A stretch of 64,000 nt of DNA from Opitutales bacterium. Lineage in GTDB: Bacteria; Verrucomicrobiota; Verrucomicrobiia; Opitutales; UBA2987. The position numbers were made by a program, and so were the translations under genes. The DNA is taken from the NCBI GenBank assembly GCA_021772515.1, contig JAJFLU010000033.1:28106-92105 (forward strand). The letters are read 5' to 3'. This document shows, in pieces, positions 35,503 through 43,407 of this stretch. How positions within the stretch are numbered: the first letter of the stretch is position 1; each line of letters begins with the position of its first letter. Under the pieces are notes generated by a model. The model was not told the DNA's origin. It saw only the letters and a list, made by a program, of their open reading frames with translations, and ran no database searches.

Positions 35503-37163
35503 TGAATGATAGCGTTAGACTTTCTCTTTCCAGCCCTAACGGGCAGCAGGAGTTTATTCTTGAAAAGAAGGAGGCGCAAACTTCACTTGCGGAAATTATG
35601 GCGCGGCGAGGACATCCTCTCAACACACGTTGCGGCCAGCGCGGAATCTGCAAGGGGTGCGTAATAAATCTGACAATCGGTCAACTGTTGGAAAATACCG
35701 AGGTAATCTCAGCGCCGGCCGAAATCCGCTCCTGCCAATGCCATACCCTACCCGGTTCGGAAATTTCGGTTGAAGCGCCCGCCCGATCGCTTCTGAACTA
35801 CGAGCCGAGGGTGATGGCCGATTTTGCCATTGGCATCCCCTTTGGGCACGATCCGTTGTTTGAGACTAGAAAAGGAGAGACGCGGCTAGGTCTGGCCATC
35901 GATATAGGAACGACCACCATCGTCGTACTTCTGGTCGATATGGCGACGGGAGAGATCCTTGCGCGGGCCAGCGATTTCAACCGTCAGATACATTTTGGTG
36001 ACGACGTTTTAACCCGCATTCAACTTTGCTCAGATGACCCGACCCTGCTTGGCAAGCTTCAAGAGGCAATCGTAACGAATACTCTAACGCCGCTGATCCG
36101 GCAAACGTGTTCCCAAGCTTCGGTTTCGCCCGATGATCTTGCGGGCATAACTGTGGCGGGAAACACCACCATGCTGCACTTTTTGGCGGGCGAAGATCCC
36201 ACACCGATGGGTATGGTTCCATTCACCCCGCGATTTCTCGAGCATAAGAAACTGCAAACGGATCAAATCGGACTCGATCTCGATTCGGCAGAGAGCGTTT
36301 TACCCCCATTGGATATTCATCTCCTTCCCGGATTGGCCGCCTATGTGGGCGCCGATGTAACGGCGGGAATTTTCACCACCGGAATGCATTTTAAGGAGAA
36401 GCCGACTCTTTTTACGGATATTGGGACCAATGGGGAAATTGTCCTCAAATACGGCGATTGCCTCCTCGGCTGCGCAACCGCTGCCGGGCCTGCTTTTGAG
36501 GGATCGGGACTCTCCTGCGGAATGCGCGCCGTCGATGGCGCAATCGAACATATCCGGCTTCGAGAGCCTCCGGATGCTCCAATTTGCCAGTTGATCGAGC
36601 AAAATCCATCCGCCCGCAGACCCGTGGGCCTCTGTGGTTCGGCGTACATTGATTTTCTGGCCGAGGGACGGCGTATGGGCCTGCTTAATGAAAGTGGCCG
36701 TTTTGATGCCGCATTTTGCGCGACCTTGCGACAGGAGTTTGTGCTAAATACGGACGACGGAAAGGCGTTCTCCCTAAATCCAAAGCTCAAGGATCCAATA
36801 ACCATCTCGGAGCGTGATATTGCGCATTTACTCCAGGCCAAGGCGGCAATCGCCGCCGGTATCGAAATCCTTCTTACCCGCGCTGGCATTACCCCCGACG
36901 ATGTGGACAAATTAACCCTGGCAGGCGGATTCGGTTTTCACATTGATATTTCAAACGCCATCGTCAGCGGACTGTTGCCGGGGTTTCACCCCGACCAGAT
37001 TGAGGTCGTCGGCAACACTTCACTGGCGGGCGCTTATGTCGCATTACTCGACCGCAACTCATTTGCCGAAATGGAGTCCATTCGCAAAAACATCGAAATC
37101 GTAGAGCTAAACCTCGATCCCGAATTCGAGGATCGCTACATCGACCACCTCAGCCTGTCCTGA
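35502..37163 (+). CDS. Reductive activator of corrinoid enzymes (RACo-type; [2Fe-2S] ferredoxin + ASKHA ATPase, DUF4445)
   Basis: The N-terminal CGQRGICKGC is a plant-type ferredoxin motif. LAIDIGTTTIVVLLVD and FTDIGTNGEIV are ASKHA phosphate-binding motifs. Length is 553 aa. Confidence 0.8.
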   Translation: MNDSVRLSLSSPNGQQEFILEKKEAQTSLAEIMARRGHPLNTRCGQRGICKGCVINLTIGQLLENTEVISAPAEIRSCQCHTLPGSEISVEAPARSLLNYEPRVMADFAIGIPFGHDPLFETRKGETRLGLAIDIGTTTIVVLLVDMATGEILARASDFNRQIHFGDDVLTRIQLCSDDPTLLGKLQEAIVTNTLTPLIRQTCSQASVSPDDLAGITVAGNTTMLHFLAGEDPTPMGMVPFTPRFLEHKKLQTDQIGLDLDSAESVLPPLDIHLLPGLAAYVGADVTAGIFTTGMHFKEKPTLFTDIGTNGEIVLKYGDCLLGCATAAGPAFEGSGLSCGMRAVDGAIEHIRLREPPDAPICQLIEQNPSARRPVGLCGSAYIDFLAEGRRMGLLNESGRFDAAFCATLRQEFVLNTDDGKAFSLNPKLKDPITISERDIAHLLQAKAAIAAGIEILLTRAGITPDDVDKLTLAGGFGFHIDISNAIVSGLLPGFHPDQIEVVGNTSLAGAYVALLDRNSFAEMESIRKNIEIVELNLDPEFEDRYIDHLSLS

Positions 37164-37479
37164 TCCACTTTCGCGGGGAGATGTAGCGCTAAATGGTGAT
37201 ATGGCTGTTTTCGAGGACACTTTATGCGTAGTCTTAGACAATTGATGATTTGCGTTTTTCCCAGTTTTTCGTTAATATAAAAAACTAGAAAAAATGAATT
37301 AATTGCTGAATTGCCCGGCTCCTCGGGTGGATTCGGTAATGTTGATACCTTCCTGAAAACTTGATTCTAAACCCTTGGTGGACCAATGCATTCCTTGCCG
37401 GAAGGACGACCCCCTATTACGCCCCTTCAACACTTAAAGGAAAAGCTATGGTTCACCGAAACTAACATAATGCGCTTAA

Positions 37480-39396
37480 ATGACATCTTCCTCCTCACTG
37501 GCAGCGGATAAGATTAAGCCAACCAAAAAAAAGTCTGCGACCATCGAGCCTCAGTCTGTTTCCAACGCAATTGTTGAGATTGTCAGTGATTCAGGTGAAG
37601 GATCGCAAACTGCGGGCCAGTTATTTGGAATCGTCAGCGCCCGGATGGGCAATGGCACCTGGACGGTCGAACTCATACCGGCAGAGATTGAGCCCCCCGC
37701 CCGGTCCCCGGCCGGAGCGAGCGGAAATCGCATTCGCTTCGGAACCGATGTGGTTACGAATATGGGTGATACGGCTGATGTGGTAGTCGCCTTCAACGAG
37801 CAGGTGCTTTACAGCCGGATCGACAAGGATGCCTTTCGTGAGGGGACCCATATTTTTATCGAAAACAAATGGGGTTCCGTTCCCCAGGAGGCGATTCGCA
37901 AGGCTTACGCGACCGCACTCGCCGATTTTCAGACACGGGGATATGTGGTCCACGAGATCGCCATGGAAAAGGAATGTTTACGCCATGTGACCGATGCCCG
38001 GCGTGGTAAAAACATCTGGGTATTAGGTCTTCTCTGCGCACTGTACGATCGCGATATCGGCATCGCATCGGAGGAAATCGAGCGCAAACTTTCACGCAAA
38101 GGAGCCAAGGTCGTTGAGAACAATCTCACGCTCCTGCGGGCCGGTTATGAGTGGGGTCTCGCCAATCTGCCATTTCGCTACACCGTTGCGGTTAAGCCGC
38201 CGGATAAGCCCATGGTTGTTATGAATGGCAATCAGGCGGTCGGGCTCGGGGCGATGGCCGCAGGGTTTGAAATCTGCTCTATGTATCCAATCACCCCGGC
38301 TACATCGGCCTCGCACTACCTCGCCTCCGAATTCAAGAAAGCCGGTGGTTTTCTCCATCAGGCGGAGGACGAGATCGCCGCCATCGGGTTCGCCATCGGC
38401 GCTTCCTATGCCGGAAAGACCGCCCTGACGATCACCTCGGGGCCGGGTCTGGCGCTTAAAACAGAATTCATCGGTCTGGCCGTCATGTCAGAGATTCCAC
38501 TGGTAATTGTTGATGTTCAGCGAGGCGGACCCTCCACCGGGCTACCCACCAGAGTCGAGCAATCGGATCTCCTGGCCGCACTTTTCGCCTCTCCGGGGGA
38601 CTCCCCAAAAATCATTCTGGCGCCATCGACCATCGACGAGTGCTTCCACTTCATGATCACAGCCCGGAGGTTGGCGGAGATGTTTCGGACTCCGGTCATT
38701 GTCCTGACAGATGCCAATTTGGCCACGGGGGTGCAGCCATTTCCGAGGCCGAGGTTGAGCGAAAAGTGGTTGTCCCCTCCCCTCGACATGTCTCCCTGGG
38801 ATAAAAATGTGGACCCCTATGACTGGGATCCGGAAACGGGCCTTTCACAGCGCCCGGTTCCCGGTCAAAAAGACGGCAAATACATTCTCACCGGCTTGGC
38901 CCACGATGAAAAAAGTCATGTCGCCTACGTTTCAAGGATCAACCAGTACACCCATGACATGCGGAGCCGCAAATTGGCAACGCTGCAACATTCGCTCAAT
39001 AAGCCAATCGTGAATGGGGAACCTGAAGGTGACGTTCTGGTGGTCGGTTGGGGATCTACCCGTGGCGCCATCGAGGAGGCGGTGGGGAGAGTTCGCGATG
39101 ACGGGGAAAAGGTTTCGAGCCTCCATCTGCGTATTCTATCGCCCCTCGAACCCGGTTTGAAAGAAGTGCTCTCGGAGTTCAAACGAGTAATAACGGTGGA
39201 AATCAATTACAGCGATAATCCCGATCCGGGGCAGCCGGAGTCCAACAATCGGCGCTATGCCCAACTCGCATTTTGCCTGCGGTCACACACTTTCATCGAT
39301 GTTGAATGCCTTTCCATGGTCCACGGCATCCCGTTTTCTCCGGGTACAATCGAAGCTGAAATACGGCGAATCCTGAAAGCCCTTTCCACGGTTTGA
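37480..39396 (+). CDS. 2-oxoacid:ferredoxin oxidoreductase alpha subunit (fused gamma+alpha, KorA type)
   Basis: VSDSGEGSQTAGQLF marks the gamma domain. NGNQAVGLGAMAAG...MYPITPATS...QAEDEIAAIG...SGPGLALK marks the alpha domain. Length is 638 aa. Confidence 0.85.
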   Translation: MTSSSSLAADKIKPTKKKSATIEPQSVSNAIVEIVSDSGEGSQTAGQLFGIVSARMGNGTWTVELIPAEIEPPARSPAGASGNRIRFGTDVVTNMGDTADVVVAFNEQVLYSRIDKDAFREGTHIFIENKWGSVPQEAIRKAYATALADFQTRGYVVHEIAMEKECLRHVTDARRGKNIWVLGLLCALYDRDIGIASEEIERKLSRKGAKVVENNLTLLRAGYEWGLANLPFRYTVAVKPPDKPMVVMNGNQAVGLGAMAAGFEICSMYPITPATSASHYLASEFKKAGGFLHQAEDEIAAIGFAIGASYAGKTALTITSGPGLALKTEFIGLAVMSEIPLVIVDVQRGGPSTGLPTRVEQSDLLAALFASPGDSPKIILAPSTIDECFHFMITARRLAEMFRTPVIVLTDANLATGVQPFPRPRLSEKWLSPPLDMSPWDKNVDPYDWDPETGLSQRPVPGQKDGKYILTGLAHDEKSHVAYVSRINQYTHDMRSRKLATLQHSLNKPIVNGEPEGDVLVVGWGSTRGAIEEAVGRVRDDGEKVSSLHLRILSPLEPGLKEVLSEFKRVITVEINYSDNPDPGQPESNNRRYAQLAFCLRSHTFIDVECLSMVHGIPFSPGTIEAEIRRILKALSTV

Positions 39397-39427
39397 GAAA
39401 ATCATAGCGATACGAAAACAAGATACC

Positions 39428-40381
39428 ATGCTGGATATAAAAACTCCAAAGACGACCGAACCAAAACCTCGTTTTTTCACGATCGAAGACTATGAGGGGC
39501 AGGTGCCCCGGTGGTGTAGCGGCTGCGGCGATTTGCCCGTGCTTGCCGCTGTCCAACGCCTATGCCGGGACGAACAGCTTCTGCCCGAAATGACCGTTGT
39601 AGTATCGGGAATCGGTTGTTCGAGCCGGTTCCCCCACTATATGAAAACCTATGGGTTTCACGGGCTTCATGGGCGCGCCTTTCCCGTAGCCTGCGGAATA
39701 CGCAGCCGCCGCCCCGATCTCAATATCTTTGTTGCGACCGGAGATGGAGACTGCTGCGCAATCGGCGCGGGGCATTGGATTCATGCCATTCGCTACAACA
39801 TGAAAATGGTCGTCATGCTATTTGATAATAACATCTATGGCCTGACAAAAAAACAAACGTCACCCACCACGGCAAAGCATGCCAACACCCTCACGCACCC
39901 CAAAGGCTCGTTTATCAGTCCCCTCAACCCAATCGCGGTAACCTTGAGTATTTCAAATGTTTCCTTTGTCGCGCAGACTGTGGACTGGAATCCACCTCAT
40001 CTCTACCAAACCCTCCTTGCCGCTCACCGTCATCCCGGATTGGCTTTTGTGCGCATCCTGCAACGCTGTCCGCACTTTACGGCGGAGGTCTTTGAGCCCT
40101 GCCAGAGGGATCCCTCACTTCTCCTCCTGATGAAACACCCCAATGGAATATCCACCGACGACACGGTGAATAAGATATTTAAAAACCAGGTGGAACACGA
40201 TCCGACCAATCTCCTTGAAGCGCAAGGTTTGGCGGTGAGAGAGGATTGCCACCCGATTGGCCTTTTTTACCGCAATGAATCAGCCGAGCGTTACGACGAT
40301 TTTTCCAAATCGGGTATCGAAATGGATCGTTCGGAGAAAATTAAGGCAGTCGAAGAGGAACTGGATCGCCTTCAAATATAA
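39428..40381 (+). CDS. 2-oxoacid:ferredoxin oxidoreductase beta subunit (TPP-binding, KorB type)
   Basis: WCSGCGD, GIGCSSRFP and ATGDGDCCAIGAGHWIHAIRYNMKMVVMLFDNNIYGLTKKQ (the GDG...N TPP motif) are present. Length is 317 aa. Confidence 0.85.
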   Translation: MLDIKTPKTTEPKPRFFTIEDYEGQVPRWCSGCGDLPVLAAVQRLCRDEQLLPEMTVVVSGIGCSSRFPHYMKTYGFHGLHGRAFPVACGIRSRRPDLNIFVATGDGDCCAIGAGHWIHAIRYNMKMVVMLFDNNIYGLTKKQTSPTTAKHANTLTHPKGSFISPLNPIAVTLSISNVSFVAQTVDWNPPHLYQTLLAAHRHPGLAFVRILQRCPHFTAEVFEPCQRDPSLLLLMKHPNGISTDDTVNKIFKNQVEHDPTNLLEAQGLAVREDCHPIGLFYRNESAERYDDFSKSGIEMDRSEKIKAVEEELDRLQI

Positions 40382-40395
40382 TTACAGGTCCTGCA

Positions 40396-42849
40396 ATGGC
40401 CATGAGTTCGCCCTCAAAATCGGCTTCACAAGCGATTCCCAAAACCTCCGGCAAGGAGGAGAGAAAGGAATCCAGTGTGGGGAAATCTCCGGGTAAAACC
40501 ACGGCAGAAGAATCCCGTCAAAACACTGGTTCCGATGAAAGGACAACGGAATCAACCGCCCGTTCGTCGCTTCGGTGGAGTTCCCGAGACCTTCTGGCGA
40601 GAATTCCTCTCACCCATATCGTATGTGATTCGCAAAAGGTTGAAACCGGCACACTCACCGTAATTTCATTAAACGAGTTGCTTGTCCAAAAACTGGAAAA
40701 AATGGAGGTTGAGGAACCTCGGAAAAAGGCTGTTTCAGATAATTTGTGGCGTCTTTTTGACGTTCTTGAAAGGCATCTTGCGGCAAACGAAAAACAGATA
40801 CGCGTTGACGAAATAGCGGAAACGGCCTCAACCGAATTCAGCGACCTTTTCGAAGGAGGCGAAACAGGCAAAAAACAGCTCAAGGAGGTCGTTCACGGGC
40901 TGCTTACCGATCTTCCGAAACCTGGATGGCTAGTGGGGTCAAGGCGGGCTGATCTCGGTCTTCTTTTCACAACCGCCCTCGGTTCTAGTCGGCGCACCGT
41001 TCTGGACCGATTTCGCAATGATACAAGGCGGTTAGTTGTTTGCCTGAAAGATCGGTTGCGGATCGATTTTCTCAACTCTCCCGAAGGGCGAAAGCCGGCT
41101 GAACTTGCAACCTTATTTGGCGATGCGGGTTTGAGTTCCATCAACGTGGAATCCCTGGCTGAAAATCTACCCGTCTATAGCGGGTCATTACAACTTTCCG
41201 GGTCACACCGGGCACGCCTGCAAAAAACTGTCGATATTCTCCGTCAATGGCTGGAATCGGCGTGTGAACCCGAAGAATTTCAACTCCTCTCCTCTTCCGA
41301 ACCGCTTCAAGGTCTTTTTTCAACGACTTCGACAGACTCCGAGGAGGGGAACATTTTCCAAAATGCCATTGCCCATTTTGACCGCATTGACAGTGAATGG
41401 GTTGAATTTTTCCGGGCCTTTCGCACGGCGCTTCTCGAAGTCGAGAACGCCTACCAAGCGGACTGGCATGATGCCGCGATGTCGGGCATGGATTGGCAAA
41501 CCCTTTCGGATGAAGAATTGGCTCTGGTTCCCCCGGTAGTGGTTCTAGCGGATGCTGATTCGATTGGTGGTGAAAGCCTTGATTCGCTCAATAGTTTACT
41601 GAACTCAGGCCGTCCAATAATCGTTCTGCTGACGGATACCGCTAACGGCTTTGATGCGGAAACGCCACAAAACCTTTTTGGCGCCTCCCACTCGGGTCTG
41701 GCAGCGCCAATCACAGCCCGAGGCAACGTATTTGTCGTCCAATCCTCACTGGCAAAACCCGATCACCTTGTGGAAGGATTCTCCCGATTGATCGGCGCCT
41801 CCCGACCCGGCGTTGCGCTGTTAAGCATCCCAAGCGCAGCAGTGAGCAAAAAAATTGCCCTCCCCCTTCTCTACGCGGCGCTGGAAAGCCGTGTGACGCC
41901 CTGTTTTATGTTCGATCCCGATGCCGGGGACTCGTGGTCCGCCTGTTTCGACCTCAAGGGCAACCCGCAAAGCCACCGACCCTGGCCCGATTACGAAAAT
42001 GAAAACGCCGACTTTACTGCCCTGCCGTTCACTCTTGCAGACCATGCGGCGCTCACCCCTGCCGGGATGTCTGCCTTCACCATCTTATCAAAATCCGAAT
42101 GGTCTGAACAACAATGTCCGTTGGCTGAATACCTTGAGAGATCACAAAGGGACGCCCAAGGCCTGATCCCCTATATTCTCGTGGTCGACGGAGATGATTC
42201 AGTCGAGCGAGCTATGGTGCCTCCGCTTTTGGTCGAAGCCTGCCGCGAGCGAGCAAGAAATTGGCGCCTGATGCAGGAACTTGGAGGCATTGACAACGAA
42301 TACGCGCGACAGGCAGTCGAACGGACAAGAGAGGAGGCGGCAAAGGAAATGGTGAGCGAGCGGGAAAATTTGCTCGACGCGCACAAATCGGAACTAGAAA
42401 AGATTCGTCAAGAGTTGGCCGGAGAAACCATCGACCGGTTGGTCTCCATGCTCATGGGTGATACGCCGATGTCGTTGCCGACCGAATTGACCAAAAGTTC
42501 TCCTGCGATTGAGGTTCCGGCCCCATCCTTGGTTGCAAGCGAAGATTCGGCTCAAGAAAAAGAAGGCGATATTGAGGAAGAGGAGGATGAAGAAGCGGGA
42601 TTCGATGAACCGTATATTGATTCTGCCCTATGCACTACCTGCAACGAGTGTACCAACATAAATTCACTTCTATTTGAATACAACGACAACAAGCAGGCAA
42701 TCATCGCCGACCCCGAGGCGGGGACTTTCGCTCAACTTGTCCAGGCTGCTTTGAAATGCCCTGCCCGCTGCATTCATCCGGGAAAACCACGTTCGGGCGA
42801 TGACTCGGCCTCGAAAAAGCTCATTGCCCAGGCGGCGCAGTTCAATTAG
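40396..42849 (+). CDS. 817-aa protein: cofactor-motif-less paralogue of the PFOR C-terminal half with a C-terminal single-cluster ferredoxin module; function unknown
   Basis: It starts 14 nt after the KorB-type gene. The N-terminal about 60 aa are disordered and S/T/K/E-rich. Long blocks align by eye with PFOR residues from the domain V insertion to the end. GDG is replaced by ADA. The C-terminus is CTTCNEC...CPARC. Confidence 0.8.
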   Translation: MAMSSPSKSASQAIPKTSGKEERKESSVGKSPGKTTAEESRQNTGSDERTTESTARSSLRWSSRDLLARIPLTHIVCDSQKVETGTLTVISLNELLVQKLEKMEVEEPRKKAVSDNLWRLFDVLERHLAANEKQIRVDEIAETASTEFSDLFEGGETGKKQLKEVVHGLLTDLPKPGWLVGSRRADLGLLFTTALGSSRRTVLDRFRNDTRRLVVCLKDRLRIDFLNSPEGRKPAELATLFGDAGLSSINVESLAENLPVYSGSLQLSGSHRARLQKTVDILRQWLESACEPEEFQLLSSSEPLQGLFSTTSTDSEEGNIFQNAIAHFDRIDSEWVEFFRAFRTALLEVENAYQADWHDAAMSGMDWQTLSDEELALVPPVVVLADADSIGGESLDSLNSLLNSGRPIIVLLTDTANGFDAETPQNLFGASHSGLAAPITARGNVFVVQSSLAKPDHLVEGFSRLIGASRPGVALLSIPSAAVSKKIALPLLYAALESRVTPCFMFDPDAGDSWSACFDLKGNPQSHRPWPDYENENADFTALPFTLADHAALTPAGMSAFTILSKSEWSEQQCPLAEYLERSQRDAQGLIPYILVVDGDDSVERAMVPPLLVEACRERARNWRLMQELGGIDNEYARQAVERTREEAAKEMVSERENLLDAHKSELEKIRQELAGETIDRLVSMLMGDTPMSLPTELTKSSPAIEVPAPSLVASEDSAQEKEGDIEEEEDEEAGFDEPYIDSALCTTCNECTNINSLLFEYNDNKQAIIADPEAGTFAQLVQAALKCPARCIHPGKPRSGDDSASKKLIAQAAQFN

Positions 42850-42876
42850 AATCACATCAAGCCTGGCATGTCATAT

Positions 42877-42905
42877 ATTTTAGGACACATCATTTGTCCT
42901 AAAAT
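42877..42905. terminator. Perfect 11-bp-arm palindrome 28 nt after the 817-aa gene (terminator or operator-like)
   Basis: ATTTTAGGACA (42877-42887), a loop CATCATT, then TGTCCTAAAAT (42895-42905). GGACA/TGTCC words recur at about 42917 and 42940. There is no U-tract. Confidence 0.3.
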
Positions 42906-42989
42906 TAAATAGAGTCTGTCCCAAAATCCAACGAAAAGTGGACACTGAGGCTATTGATTGTTGAAGATTAGTGGGTTATGTATTTTTTG

Positions 42990-43049
42990 ACGGGTTTATA
43001 ATCCGCTGTCCGTAAGGACGTGAGGGTTCAAGTCTCTTCCTGGGTACCA
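42990..43049 (+). pseudogene. tRNA 3' fragment (type II, Leu-like variable arm + T arm + CCA) lacking the acceptor 5' strand and D arm
   Basis: TGTCCGTAAGGACGT GAGGG TTCAAGT CTCTT CCTGGGT A CCA parallels E. coli tRNA-Leu (TGTCCTTACGGACGT GGGGG TTCAAGT CCCCC ...). The T stem needs two G-U pairs. No complementary 5' acceptor strand exists upstream. Confidence 0.5.
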
Positions 43050-43090
43050 TCTGATGCAATCTGTGAGAATAAATGAAATTATAAAAAAAT

Positions 43091-43144
43091 TCCGCTGGCT
43101 CGGCATACAAGAGGTCGCTGGTTCGACTCCAATATCTCCCACCA
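43091..43144 (+). pseudogene. Second tRNA-like 3' fragment (T loop TTCGACT + acceptor + CCA), not foldable into a full cloverleaf
   Basis: GCTGG TTCGACT CCAAT ATCTCCC A CCA is followed by a T6 run. The T stem has a mismatch. I could build no anticodon or D arm from the AT-rich upstream sequence. Confidence 0.4.
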
Positions 43145-43407
43145 TTTTTTGCTTTGTGGACCTAGGGCGAGGAGTTGGCGCGGGAAGATCGCAGCAGGAG
43201 AGTTGGCGCAAAATGGGTAAGAAGTTTCATAGTTTTTTATCCGTAGGTTACGCTGATTTGCGTAGATTAATATTTGTTGGGTGAACTTTTTATCTTTTGA
43301 GAATATCCAGTATATTTAGATTAGTGTGTAAAGTTAGGCATGATTTCTTTTTTAAAATTGTGTTGTTTTGGGAGATGATTATTTTGGCCTATCTGGTGTA
43401 ATTTTCT

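Noticed and set aside
43063-43381. The idea that 43091-43144 is an intact tRNA, or the acceptor piece of a permuted two-piece tmRNA. GTGAGAA at 43063 or GGGAGAT at 43372 could pair with ATCTCCC.
   Set aside because: The upstream candidate gives two acceptor-stem mismatches and an AT-only D region. The downstream GGGAGAT lies about 230 nt away, just upstream of a protein-coding gene, and looks like its RBS region. No tag-peptide reading frame or pseudoknots are evident.
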